Made by a program: the position numbers and the translations under genes
Shown here: positions 1-8,112 of the stretch, in pieces
Numbering within the stretch: position 1 is the stretch's first letter
Layout of the letters: the number at the start of each line of letters is the position of its first letter
From: a virus
Taxonomy: Duplodnaviria > Caudoviricetes
Virus record (IMG/VR): IMGVR_UViG_3300027804_000176
Span: 1-28,851 of that record
DNA: 28,851 nucleotides
Reading direction: 5' to 3' (one strand)
The notes under the pieces: model-generated
Database searches by the model: none
What the model was told of the DNA's origin: nothing
What the model saw: only the letters and a program-made list of their open reading frames with translations

Positions 1-104
1 CCCTTGGTGTAGTCGTCCATGTCCACCTCACAATTAGCCGAGCCGTCCTCGTTTTCGCTGAGTGTTTTGATGGTAAATCTAAAGTTTTCTTTTTTACGTT
101 TCAT
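1..104 (-). CDS. Partial small phage protein (MKRKKENFRFTIKTLSENEDGSANCEV...), runs off the window edge
   Basis: Read by hand. ATG at 104 overlaps the TGA of the upstream gene (ATGA); frame is open to base 1. Confidence 0.7.
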   Translation of the reverse strand, partial: MKRKKENFRFTIKTLSENEDGSANCEVDMDDYTK

Positions 105-301
105 TTTATTCCGTGCCTCCGTTCTATCGCGCGGGCAAACGCAATTATGTCGCCCTCGGTTTGCATTCTAATCCCTGTAATCTCTTCATTTGTAAGAGGT
201 TTTGACTTGTAGATTCCGCATAAAACTGGCCTTGGATCCGCGACTACGGCGTCCTCATAGCCTGGTTGCCAGGGTGCCTCTGCTACATAATTTGGTTTCA
301 T
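101..301 (-). CDS. Small phage hypothetical protein (C-terminal FARAIE motif)
   Basis: ORF track 101..319, start moved to the ATG at 301 (ATGA overlap). Confidence 0.7.
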   Translation of the reverse strand: MKPNYVAEAPWQPGYEDAVVADPRPVLCGIYKSKPLTNEEITGIRMQTEGDIIAFARAIERRHGIK

Positions 302-474
302 TCTATCTCCTCGTACCATCCACGTACATAAAAACTATCGCCGAAGTCTTCAATTAACTTCTCGGGATAACCATTGTCAATTAGCCACTTACAGGTGTCA
401 TCGACGTGCTCGGGGATCTCTTTTGGGAATCCGTACTTCCACCCGCTTGGCGGGTCAATCATTTTAACTTTCAT
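298..474 (-). CDS. Small phage hypothetical protein (IDPPSGWKYGFPK motif)
   Basis: ORF track 298..510, likely start ATG 474 overlapping the end of the upstream gene. Confidence 0.7.
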   Translation of the reverse strand: MKVKMIDPPSGWKYGFPKEIPEHVDDTCKWLIDNGYPEKLIEDFGDSFYVRGWYEEIE

Positions 475-640
475 TTTTAATCCCGTGATGTTGTTCAACT
501 GTTCGCACAAAGTCGCGCATGTTCCACATCTTGTTTGTTTTGTTTAGTGTGGTGACCATTTCGTTGATCTGTGCGTCTGTCATTGGCGTGCGGTTTACTG
601 CGTCTTCGTATTCCTGTACTGTGTGGTAGTGTGTGTCCAT
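464..640 (-). CDS. Small phage hypothetical protein
   Basis: ORF track 464..679; AGGAGA SD just upstream of ATG 640. C-terminus (FVRTVEQHHGIK) resembles that of 101..301 (FARAIERRHGIK). Confidence 0.7.
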   Translation of the reverse strand: MDTHYHTVQEYEDAVNRTPMTDAQINEMVTTLNKTNKMWNMRDFVRTVEQHHGIKNES

Positions 641-641
641 A

Positions 642-890
642 TTATCTCCTGAATCGTGTTGCCGGTTTGCGTTTGCCAAATCTTACGTATATCTTTAAAG
701 CACACAGGCGCCCGTAAGTTTGGTTGCGCCACCCCTGCGAGGCCCTGCGGTACATCTGCATTTTGGTGCGCTTGTAATGACTTGGCTTTCCGTCTTTGTT
801 AATGAATACAGTGCGACGATGGCCCACCCTGCCAAAGATTTCAGTAAAGCCATTGCGCAGGGTGGTCCTCCTGAAGTTAAACTTTTTCAT
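642..890 (-). CDS. Very basic (Arg/Lys-rich) hypothetical protein
   Basis: ORF fills the gap in a tightly packed minus-strand operon. Confidence 0.6.
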   Translation of the reverse strand: MKKFNFRRTTLRNGFTEIFGRVGHRRTVFINKDGKPSHYKRTKMQMYRRASQGWRNQTYGRLCALKIYVRFGKRKPATRFRR

Positions 891-1023
891 CGGGCTTGTG
901 GTTTAACATAAACTCGGCGTATTGCCACGCCTGTTGTCCCGCCATTGACGGCGCCTCCCCGCGCGCAACTAGCCCCATCAACGCCAGACCTGCAAAAAAC
1001 ATCAACTCATCTTTGTTATCCAT
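877..1023 (-). CDS. 48-aa phage protein (MDNKDELMFFAGLALMGLVARG...AWQYAEFML)
   Basis: Read by hand, below the ORF-track cutoff. ATG overlaps the primase stop (TAATG). Confidence 0.7.
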   Translation of the reverse strand: MDNKDELMFFAGLALMGLVARGEAPSMAGQQAWQYAEFMLNHKPDEKV

Positions 1024-3335
1024 TAGTATCCTTCCGTTTCAAATGTTTCAACTGTTTTTAAGTACTCGCCGGCCGATGTGTTAAATCGTAGCCCCAAGTA
1101 GATCGGGGTACGACTACCTTCGGACCGGCTTTCGCCTGCCTCGATGCGTTTCTCCTGTGTCGCGGCCAAGAACCTGCGCTTGAATGACATCTCCGAGCCA
1201 GGTGGCAGGCTACGTTTAAGCGCCCACCTCTTCCAACACAGGAATACGTCGTCCTTTTTAACCTGTGACACTGGGTCAAACACAAACGTGTCCTCCACGA
1301 ATGAGTTCAGTGGGTTGCCCAACTGCTCCATCAACAGCAACAACTGACGCCCCGACTGTGGTTGTATGAAGTGCCCGCCACGTGCCAGTCTGCGATCAAG
1401 TCCGGCCATCGCCCAGTTAAAGATACCGGCCAACTCGCCGGATAGCTTATTAAACAGGTCGGTGTCCTCGTTGTCGTAGAATGACTTGGTCATGCGTAGC
1501 ACCAACATACGGCCGGTGAGCGCATTACTGTTCTCGGTTAATTGCAACGCCTCGTTCGAGTATACGATGATACGCGTTGGCAGATAGCCCGACCATGCCT
1601 CCTTATTTTTGCGATTAACGGTGACAGTATCACCACCCACAATACGCAACAACTGGCTAACGACAGCGCTACGATTACGCTCAGGTGCACGAGCGTCAGT
1701 AAATGAGGCAAGGGGTTTTCCAAGCCATGGTTGTAAGCCAAATGTATCACAGAGCTCCTCCAATTGTGGTGCGACGGTGTTGTGCTGTCCGAATAACGAC
1801 ACGAGCACCTTGTTGATCGTGCCCTTACCGCTACGTCGTGGACCAATTACGTTAAAAAACTTCTGCTGTCTCGTGTCTCCCGACAGAATGTAGCCGAAGA
1901 TCTCTTGCAGTGCGTCGATCGACTCTTGATCGTCTTCCCATATTGACTGTAAGAATGCGTCCCACTGTGGGCAGGTCGCGCCTTGGTCGTACTTAAATGG
2001 TAGCGAGTGCTGTGTAAAGAACCCAAGCGAGTGTGGCAGTAAGATTTTGTCCTCTAGGTGAAAGAGGCCATTCTTGACGCTGATCAACTTCGAGGCGTCG
2101 GGTTTATTTGCCTGATACTCTTCAAACCAAATCGGTGGCTTGGTGTTTGCGTGATTGGGTAAATGCACGATCGACTTAATCGCATCCATAGAGGCCGAGA
2201 CGCTCGCCGGTGACGGGTTAAACGGCACCAAGGCACCGCCCTTGGCAGGTTTCTTACACTTATCAAGGAACGCATATAACTTCGAGCGTATCGTTGCCTC
2301 CTCGATAATCTCGTAGTGCGTGCCGGCGTGTATAAAAAAGTCTTCCGCGTAGTGCACTAGCCGGTAGCCCTCCTCGCTGGAGTAGAGCGCATCGAGAAAG
2401 GTGCGTGCGTGATTCATCGCGCCCGAGTCGAGTACTATCTCGCCCCGAGCGAGCGCATCCGCCCTCTCTTTCTGATTGACCTTAAAGATGATGCTCCGTA
2501 GAGTCGCGCCACCACTCTTGAACGTGCGCCACTTACTCTCACAGCTATTCATGCCGGTTGATGCGTACTTGCCGGATTGCGAGCTCCAACGATCCCACAG
2601 TTCACAGGCCTCGACGTCACCGCCAAACTGGTGGAAGAGCGCAAATCCCACGCCCATCCAGTCTGTGTACCCGCAGTCGGGGTCGAGCTTGGATAGTAGC
2701 TCCATCTCGACTCGGTGCAGGTCGTAGCCCTCTACCGGTGGCACGTAGTCCGCGAACGCGTCGCCTGTCACGTGCAGTGCACGCTCGGGTATGAACGCCG
2801 AGAGATCCTGCGCCTCGGTTGGTATCGTACCGCCTAGGTAGTGGCCGGTGACTGTGAAGAACCTACCCTGTGGGTAGATCTCTAGCCCTTGGCTGTGGTC
2901 GACGTGGGCGTGCGCTAGATCGGCGCGGGTAAATATCTTAATGCCAGTGCCCGATGGTGAGACCTCGTGGTATCCAAGTAGCTCGTCGGATATATGTTGC
3001 AGTGCAGCATTTGTGAAACGCGAGGTGGTATGGTCAAAGCAGTCGTCTAAGTCCACGCCGATTAGGTTGTCGGTTTGGGTGAATACAAACCCGATACCCG
3101 CAAACTTCTCGGGGTCTTCCTCGTAGGCGTGTTGGACTGACGGGAAGTCTGTCCACGTCGTCGGGTTGGTTGACGAGGCGGGTTGTCCACTTACCTGCGT
3201 TGGCAGTTTAGACCACCGCTTGTTGCCCTCGTCGCCTACCTCGACAAGGCGCCACAGTACCCACCTAGGGATTCGTTTCAATTCCAGTGGTATCGTGGCA
3301 AATTGCACGGGTAAACAAATTGGTTTATCTGTCAT
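1023..3335 (-). CDS. Primase-polymerase fused to PriCT-2 and a D5/P4-type SF3 helicase
   Basis: N-terminal prim-pol motifs (KLP...ASSTNPTTW, GIGF, GVDLD, EVSPSGTG, EIY...RFFTVTG); PriCT-2-like YTDWMGVGFAL...WDRWS; Walker A GPRRSGKGT; VGGDTVTVNRKNK. Confidence 0.9.
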   Translation of the reverse strand: MTDKPICLPVQFATIPLELKRIPRWVLWRLVEVGDEGNKRWSKLPTQVSGQPASSTNPTTWTDFPSVQHAYEEDPEKFAGIGFVFTQTDNLIGVDLDDCFDHTTSRFTNAALQHISDELLGYHEVSPSGTGIKIFTRADLAHAHVDHSQGLEIYPQGRFFTVTGHYLGGTIPTEAQDLSAFIPERALHVTGDAFADYVPPVEGYDLHRVEMELLSKLDPDCGYTDWMGVGFALFHQFGGDVEACELWDRWSSQSGKYASTGMNSCESKWRTFKSGGATLRSIIFKVNQKERADALARGEIVLDSGAMNHARTFLDALYSSEEGYRLVHYAEDFFIHAGTHYEIIEEATIRSKLYAFLDKCKKPAKGGALVPFNPSPASVSASMDAIKSIVHLPNHANTKPPIWFEEYQANKPDASKLISVKNGLFHLEDKILLPHSLGFFTQHSLPFKYDQGATCPQWDAFLQSIWEDDQESIDALQEIFGYILSGDTRQQKFFNVIGPRRSGKGTINKVLVSLFGQHNTVAPQLEELCDTFGLQPWLGKPLASFTDARAPERNRSAVVSQLLRIVGGDTVTVNRKNKEAWSGYLPTRIIVYSNEALQLTENSNALTGRMLVLRMTKSFYDNEDTDLFNKLSGELAGIFNWAMAGLDRRLARGGHFIQPQSGRQLLLLMEQLGNPLNSFVEDTFVFDPVSQVKKDDVFLCWKRWALKRSLPPGSEMSFKRRFLAATQEKRIEAGESRSEGSRTPIYLGLRFNTSAGEYLKTVETFETEGY

Positions 3336-3349
3336 AGTTTCCTTTCTTC

Positions 3350-3365
3350 ACACTTACTAATGCAA
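3350..3365 (-). promoter_or_regulatory. Phage-type promoter -10 motif (TTGCATTAGT) upstream of primase-helicase
   Basis: Same motif as four plus-strand late promoters; predicted start T/G at 3350/3349, followed by an AAGGA SD. Confidence 0.65.
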
Positions 3366-3382
3366 ATTTTTGGGTGCTGATA

Positions 3383-3579
3383 TTTCACAATGTGAAATGA
3401 GTTGCTGTAAGTCCTTGATGTTTGACGGGGATGCGGGGGTTGCGGGGGTTAATTCCAGTTTACCCTCTATCTTTATTTTTCTTTTTTAAAAAAATATAAA
3501 AATAGTAAAAGTACCCCCGCAAGTACCGCGAGCCCGTCGAAGATCAATGACTTAGCTCGTTTCGTTTCACATTGTGAAA
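3383..3579. repeat. Origin-like quasi-palindromic element, copy 1
   Basis: TTTCACAwTGTGAAA palindromes at both ends (3383-3397, 3565-3579); IHF-like ATCAAnnnnTTA sites (3408-3420, 3542-3554); GCGGGGGT/ACCCCCGC inverted repeats around a 62-bp AT-rich core (3451-3512). Confidence 0.8.
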
Positions 3580-3725
3580 AATAGGGCATAGATTACGTGT
3601 CCGATGAGGTATAAAAACAGGGCTAGCACCAGTAAATTCTCCCTGCGCCTCATTTTGTCAATTTTGGGGTCGTACTCGATGAACTTACGCCGTGACTCCT
3701 TGCCGTAGTCGTCCCCCCGTTTCAT
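3567..3725 (-). CDS. 52-aa protein with a C-terminal hydrophobic (probable transmembrane) segment
   Basis: Read by hand: MKRGDDYGKESRR...LLVLALFLYLIGHVIYALFFTM; ATGA overlap with the upstream gene. Confidence 0.6.
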   Translation of the reverse strand: MKRGDDYGKESRRKFIEYDPKIDKMRRRENLLVLALFLYLIGHVIYALFFTM

Positions 3726-3916
3726 TTAACTACCTCGTAGTCCATGCGCCTTGCCATGTCCTCGGCCCACTCCCTAAACTCTCGTCGGTTGTCTGCCGTC
3801 TGCTCGTCGGATGGGTCCCACATGGCCTGAAACTGGAATCCACCTAGCTCGTCGTAAAACTCCACACGCTCGAGGTTGCCGTCCTTGTCCAATATGTCGG
3901 TAGATATCACCCTCAT
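3722..3916 (-). CDS. Small acidic hypothetical protein
   Basis: ORF track 3722..3973, start moved to ATG 3916 (ATGA overlap, AGGAGG SD). Confidence 0.7.
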   Translation of the reverse strand: MRVISTDILDKDGNLERVEFYDELGGFQFQAMWDPSDEQTADNRREFREWAEDMARRMDYEVVK

Positions 3917-4260
3917 TTTTCCTCCTTGATCTTGTGTACAATGTCTGCCACCTTGTTGCCACGCTCTTCCCAACTGTCCTGCGTGCCGTAGTCGCCCCTG
4001 CTCATGCGCATGCGCTCCTTGTCTCTAAACTCGGGCTCAACTGCTAGCCAGTTTGAGAATGCCTCCTTGTACTCGAGCCACTCGTCGTTCTGTACGAATA
4101 GGGGGTGGTTCATGCCTGCGACGTCCACGCACGCCGAGTAGTCGGATAGTGGCACCCAACTATAATTTTTGTTTGGCTTGACCGCACCCAGTCCGACTCG
4201 GTCGCGTGCCTTGATAAAGCGTGCGTATGCCTTCTGTTGTATTTCGTTTAGTTCAATCAT
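3913..4260 (-). CDS. Hypothetical protein, translationally coupled to the sigma factor
   Basis: 115-aa ORF overlapping the sigma stop by 8 nt. Confidence 0.75.
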   Translation of the reverse strand: MIELNEIQQKAYARFIKARDRVGLGAVKPNKNYSWVPLSDYSACVDVAGMNHPLFVQNDEWLEYKEAFSNWLAVEPEFRDKERMRMSRGDYGTQDSWEERGNKVADIVHKIKEEK

Positions 4261-4825
4261 CTAAGTGCTCCTCGGTAAACTTCTCTTGGTTAATGTGGTC
4301 AAGTGAGACTGGCTCACGTGCGATGTATCCCTGCAACTGGTGCACCTTGCTCTCTGTCACGCCCATGAGTGTGGCTATCTCGTGCGTCTTGGGTTTGCGT
4401 CCCAGTACTTGGGATAGCGATCGCTCGGTGTAGTTCAACTTCTTTACCTGCTCCATGATGTTAATTGGTAGCCGTATGATGTTTGCCGTGTTGTCTAGGT
4501 CACGCCGTACGCCCTTCTCAATAAACGTTTTGGCGTAGGTGGCAAAGCGCGCGTTGTTCTTAGGCACCCACCGGCGACCTGCCGTAAACAGTGCCTCGTT
4601 ACCCATCGCGACTATGTCCTCCACTGGCACCTTGCCGTGGTTCCACGCTGTCATCTTACGGACGACGTAGACCACAAAGCGCAGGTTGTGCTTGATCAAC
4701 TTCTCTAGCGCACGCTCGTCGCCTGCCTGAATCTTTTTGGCGAGCTCGTGCTCTTCCTCAACTGTCAGTGGCTCGATGCCGTACAGTGACTTGAGGTAGT
4801 CGCTCAGTATGTCATTTTCTTTCAT
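4253..4825 (-). CDS. Phage sigma70-family (RpoD/RpoS-like) factor with regions 1.2, 2 and 3 but no region 4
   Basis: YL...PLTVEEEHELAKKIQAGDERALEKLIKHNLRFVV (1.2/2.1); DIVAMGN...RFATYA...IRLP (2.2-2.4); LSQVLGRKPKTHEIA...VSLD (3); stop follows shortly after. Confidence 0.9.
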   Translation of the reverse strand: MKENDILSDYLKSLYGIEPLTVEEEHELAKKIQAGDERALEKLIKHNLRFVVYVVRKMTAWNHGKVPVEDIVAMGNEALFTAGRRWVPKNNARFATYAKTFIEKGVRRDLDNTANIIRLPINIMEQVKKLNYTERSLSQVLGRKPKTHEIATLMGVTESKVHQLQGYIAREPVSLDHINQEKFTEEHLDD

Positions 4826-4973
4826 GTAATTTCCCTAGGTAGTAAGACAATAGGTCTCGGTATGGTATCAATATGATTAGCCCAACAATAAACCACGTCA
4901 GGTATTCCCACGAGAACTCGATGGATAGGCTGTACGACGCCAGTAATAAGATAAAGTATGCGACAATTTTCAA
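4812..4973 (-). CDS. 53-aa hydrophobic, probable membrane protein (TTG start)
   Basis: Read by hand; fills the operon gap; GGAGG SD; two hydrophobic stretches. Confidence 0.5.
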   Translation of the reverse strand: MKIVAYFILLLASYSLSIEFSWEYLTWFIVGLIILIPYRDLLSYYLGKLHERK

Positions 4974-5149
4974 AATGGTGCCTCCCCTAGCGTAAGCATT
5001 GCCTGTTGGTATAGATTCGTTTTTGGAGCCTTTGGCAGGGGCTCTAGGCGCGTTCCGTTGGTAAGGTAGGGGGTAGCCTCCACCTTACTCGCAAACTTGC
5101 GTACAGCCCCTCCAAACTCGTCGATTAGGACGAACTTGTAGTTACTCAT
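4970..5149 (-). CDS. 59-aa hypothetical protein (MSNYKFVLIDEFGG...LGEAPF)
   Basis: Read by hand; ATGA overlap with the upstream gene. Confidence 0.7.
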   Translation of the reverse strand: MSNYKFVLIDEFGGAVRKFASKVEATPYLTNGTRLEPLPKAPKTNLYQQAMLTLGEAPF

Positions 5150-5448
5150 AGCGCCTTAACTACCACGGCGTCAACTGCCTTGACCTCGGTGACCTGCTTG
5201 ACGAACTCTTCGTTGCTGAGCTTGCGCACAAGGGTTGGGCTGATCGTGGCACGATCGTAGTGTTGCACCTCGGCGAAGAACTTAGAGCCCTCGTAGGTGC
5301 CCACGCCACGCTTGATGAGCTCGGCCTTGAACTTACGTGCTGTTGCCTCGAGCTCGTCGATTGCCTGCTTGACTGCGCCCAACTGGTCGACGATGTCGTC
5401 AGTGCGTGCAGGTACTGCTGTAAATGATGGTACGTTGATTGTGTTCAT
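5146..5448 (-). CDS. Hypothetical protein with an N-terminal coiled coil
   Basis: 100-aa ORF with GGAGG SD, directly downstream of a sigma70-type promoter. Confidence 0.8.
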   Translation of the reverse strand: MNTINVPSFTAVPARTDDIVDQLGAVKQAIDELEATARKFKAELIKRGVGTYEGSKFFAEVQHYDRATISPTLVRKLSNEEFVKQVTEVKAVDAVVVKAL

Positions 5449-5469
5449 AATTCCTCCGTTAAAAGTAAT

Positions 5470-5498
5470 ATTATACAGACCTTTTTATTTCTTTGCAA
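5470..5498 (-). promoter_or_regulatory. Host sigma70-type early promoter
   Basis: TTGCAA-N17-TATAAT on the minus strand. Confidence 0.75.
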
Positions 5499-5691
5499 AG
5501 TATATTTCGACGTTCTTAGAGTCGGCGTTTATATACCCGCCAAACCCCTGCTCGACCATGTAGTCGTCCGCCTCTTCCTCGGTGGCAAACTCCCGAGTGT
5601 CGCGCACTGCGTGGATCAGCGCCACTGGATAGTAATCGTCGCCCTTCACAAAGTCGCCAAACTCCATGTCGCCAAAGTAATAGAATGCCAT
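5485..5691 (-). CDS. Small acidic early protein
   Basis: ORF track; AGGAG SD. Confidence 0.7.
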   Translation of the reverse strand: MAFYYFGDMEFGDFVKGDDYYPVALIHAVRDTREFATEEEADDYMVEQGFGGYINADSKNVEIYFAKK

Positions 5692-5693
5692 GA

Positions 5694-5804
5694 TTATTTC
5701 TCCTCTACAACAACGTTAATCGTGCGCAGTCCCTCGAATATATCTACAACGTCAAACTCGATGCCTGCCTCTTCCAATAGGTCATACAATTGCTCTGCTG
5801 TCAT
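5694..5804 (-). CDS. 36-aa early protein (MTAEQLYDLLEEAGIEFDVV...)
   Basis: Read by hand; AGGAG SD; fills the gap exactly. Confidence 0.65.
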   Translation of the reverse strand: MTAEQLYDLLEEAGIEFDVVDIFEGLRTINVVVEEK

Positions 5805-5805
5805 G

Positions 5806-6114
5806 TTATTTCACTCCTGCCATTTTGTTTGCCCATACTACGCCGTTGTGTTGCTTGACGTACTCCCATGATCCCTTGGTGCCGTCCTGTACTTGGAGGC
5901 GTGACGGGATGGTGTTGCCCCAGTAGTCACTGGCACTTTTGAGCCCGAGCAGGCATTTGCCTGCCTCTATTGCCTCCATCATGGTGCGACCATACGATCC
6001 TTGGAGTGACCACATACCGCCGTTGATTGCTCGCTGTATGGAGGCGTAGTAATCTGCCTCGCTGATCTTTTCGTCAAACTCGATATTGTTTACGTCTGCC
6101 AATGTGAATGCCAT
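5806..6114 (-). CDS. Early protein (W-x-LQGSYGR motif)
   Basis: ORF track 5806..6147, start moved to ATG 6114 behind AAGGAG. Confidence 0.75.
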   Translation of the reverse strand: MAFTLADVNNIEFDEKISEADYYASIQRAINGGMWSLQGSYGRTMMEAIEAGKCLLGLKSASDYWGNTIPSRLQVQDGTKGSWEYVKQHNGVVWANKMAGVK

Positions 6115-6125
6115 GTTGCCTCTCC

Positions 6126-6362
6126 TTATTCTGCTGTTAGTTCCCACTGTACTGGGTATGATGGTAATACTACATGATCCGACCAGTCGGTTACGTTATC
6201 TTTGGCACGATACGCCACGACGTCGTACCGGCTGTCGTCCTCTTCGTTTATTGCGATGGTGACAGTCCACGACCACAAATTGTACGACCAGTCACCGCTC
6301 TTGTAGATCTCGTGCTTGTAACGATCCTTCAAAATTTCTACTGCCTTAATTAGTTTGTTCAC
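6126..6362 (-). CDS. Early hypothetical protein (GTG start)
   Basis: ORF track; GAGGAG SD. Confidence 0.7.
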   Translation of the reverse strand: MNKLIKAVEILKDRYKHEIYKSGDWSYNLWSWTVTIAINEEDDSRYDVVAYRAKDNVTDWSDHVVLPSYPVQWELTAE

Positions 6363-6523
6363 TCTGTAATCTCCTCGTCGTCAAATTCAAAGTTAATGGT
6401 GCGACTGCAACACGTGCACCGCTCTACATATATAAAGCCATTGTTGCTAACTGCCTCCGTCCTCACCCCATCGTAGGGGCAGGTAAATGGTTGGTCGCTA
6501 TCTGCTATAAAAATGTCGGTCAT
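6359..6523 (-). CDS. 54-aa possible zinc-ribbon protein
   Basis: Read by hand: ...FTCPYDG...RCTCC...; overlaps both neighbours by 4 nt. Confidence 0.65.
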   Translation of the reverse strand: MTDIFIADSDQPFTCPYDGVRTEAVSNNGFIYVERCTCCSRTINFEFDDEEITE

Positions 6524-6789
6524 TCGTATACTCCCAGTTCGCCTGCGTTAATCCACTCTGCGTAGAGTCCGTATTTATGTAACGTGTTGGTGATCAGTGG
6601 GTTGACGCCAAACTCCCAATCTGATCCGATCGTGTGCCCGTCGTAATAGTCCGCCCACAATGTGTCACCATACTTAGGGTCGAAATTATGCTCGGCGCTG
6701 ATCTGAAAGTTTTTAATGTCATAGCGCTCGTATACTGGTGCGTTGATCTTTTTGAGTGCGTTAAATGCTAGTCTGTGTTTGCGTGTCAT
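6520..6789 (-). CDS. Early hypothetical protein (WADYY...GLYAEWIN motif)
   Basis: ORF track; GAGGAGG SD. Confidence 0.75.
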   Translation of the reverse strand: MTRKHRLAFNALKKINAPVYERYDIKNFQISAEHNFDPKYGDTLWADYYDGHTIGSDWEFGVNPLITNTLHKYGLYAEWINAGELGVYE

Positions 6790-6932
6790 TCTGTTTCCTC
6801 CTCATCTTTAACGTATTCGTTTTCTAGTTCCTGTAAATACTCGTCAATGTATTCAATGTACGGAAAATCTGTGCGAACTTCGCTAGTCCCGTCGCTCCAG
6901 TGGATTAATAATTCGTGGCTGACAACTTTCAT
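6786..6932 (-). CDS. 48-aa acidic early protein
   Basis: Read by hand: MKVVSHELLIHWSDGTSE...; AGGAGG SD; ATGA overlaps. Confidence 0.65.
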   Translation of the reverse strand: MKVVSHELLIHWSDGTSEVRTDFPYIEYIDEYLQELENEYVKDEEETE

Positions 6933-7195
6933 ACTGCCTCCTTTGTTGGGTACTCCATCTTATTAATTACATACTCCATCATGTCGATGGCGAGCTCACG
7001 CTTGATCTGCTCTTCCATGTTGGTGGCGCTAAAGCCACCCGACCATGACGACTGATTAGAACGTGCTATGCCCTGCAAATACCTGAGAGCACGCACTGGG
7101 TCTTCAATGTCATTAATCACGTTGAAGAGCTCCTCCTGATAGTCGTGGTAGAACTTCTTTGCTAGCTCACGCACGCCGAATTGTAAGTTTGCCAT
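6929..7195 (-). CDS. Early hypothetical protein
   Basis: ORF track; GGAGG SD. Confidence 0.75.
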   Translation of the reverse strand: MANLQFGVRELAKKFYHDYQEELFNVINDIEDPVRALRYLQGIARSNQSSWSGGFSATNMEEQIKRELAIDMMEYVINKMEYPTKEAV

Positions 7196-7196
7196 A

Positions 7197-7460
7197 TTAC
7201 ACCTCCCAAAATTGAATTGTTGGATCGAGTTTCTGTAACTGCTCAGCGACTCGGATTAAATTATTATACCTGCGATTGACCTCAGAGCGTGAGAGCTCGC
7301 CGTCCATGGTTAGGTTCTCGGGGCTCAGCTCGTTGTCAATGCGCCGTGCTAGGCGCTGACGATCCTCTGCGCTGTCTAAGCTCAGTGGGCGCGCGTTAAC
7401 GCGATTAAAGAGACCATCCCAGTCATTTTGACGTTTGATATATGCGTGTAGTGCTTTCAT
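7197..7460 (-). CDS. Early hypothetical protein (LSPENLTMDGE motif)
   Basis: ORF track; ATGA overlap. Confidence 0.75.
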   Translation of the reverse strand: MKALHAYIKRQNDWDGLFNRVNARPLSLDSAEDRQRLARRIDNELSPENLTMDGELSRSEVNRRYNNLIRVAEQLQKLDPTIQFWEV

Positions 7461-7654
7461 TTTGTTAACCCCTCTATAAATTGTTTTGCCTCTGCCTCAG
7501 TGTCGAACGAACGGCTGACACTGCTAGACCATCCGCCGTGATCTGCCATCACGATAAACTTATCGAGACGATAGCCGATCCTAGTAATCCGGTACGTTGG
7601 ATTTTCGGCGCGTGGTTGGTTCCAAATCTTAGCGCAATCTTTATCGTAGCTCAT
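7457..7654 (-). CDS. Early hypothetical protein
   Basis: ORF track 7457..7678, start moved to ATG 7654 behind AGGAGA. Confidence 0.7.
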   Translation of the reverse strand: MSYDKDCAKIWNQPRAENPTYRITRIGYRLDKFIVMADHGGWSSSVSRSFDTEAEAKQFIEGLTK

Positions 7655-7716
7655 ATTATCTCCTGTTGATGTGATCATTGTACTGGGTCAGTGGCTCATA
7701 GAACGAGCCACTGATT

Positions 7717-8097
7717 TTATTTTACCTGAAATGGTTTGTCGTAGTCGCCGATATTGACGTGGTAATAGTACGCCGTGTCAAAGTAGTCGACCATCGCGTC
7801 ACTGCGGTCGTAGTATCCGGCGCTTTGCATTGCCTCCATGACCTTAGCCAATACGTCGCGTGTCTTGCCATCGTAATGGTCTTGGAACCAGTAAGGGTTG
7901 ACCTGCGCGTGATCCTGTTGGAACGCGCTCAGCGCCTGCTTACGATCCGCGAGCATATTAAATGGCGCGCTCTTGATCGTGCACGTGATGCTCATGTGAT
8001 TTTGTACCCGCAGGCTAAACTTAACGCCCAGTGGCTTGAGTACCTTGTCGAGGTTTGCCTTGATTACTGCCTTTTTGTCTTGGTTCATGTATGCCAT
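7717..8097 (-). CDS. Early protein resembling large-polyvalent-protein-associated domain (LPD29-like) proteins
   Basis: KFSLR...VNPY...DRSDAMVDYFD..YY pattern, recognised from memory and not searched. Confidence 0.6.
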   Translation of the reverse strand: MAYMNQDKKAVIKANLDKVLKPLGVKFSLRVQNHMSITCTIKSAPFNMLADRKQALSAFQQDHAQVNPYWFQDHYDGKTRDVLAKVMEAMQSAGYYDRSDAMVDYFDTAYYYHVNIGDYDKPFQVK

Positions 8098-8112
8098 GGT
8101 GATATTCTCCTG

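Noticed and set aside
1018-1028. Sixth late-promoter motif (CATTAGTA)
   Set aside because: Lacks the TG prefix and the GGGC element; it is the reverse complement of a TAATG stop/start overlap
3427-3448. G-quadruplex (also 10407-10428)
   Set aside because: Only three long G-runs; better explained as inverted-repeat iterons pairing with ACCCCCGC
3913-4260. Frameshifted sigma region 4
   Set aside because: Only a faint likeness at the N-terminus and no region 4.2 helix-turn-helix pattern; kept only as a positional co-factor candidate
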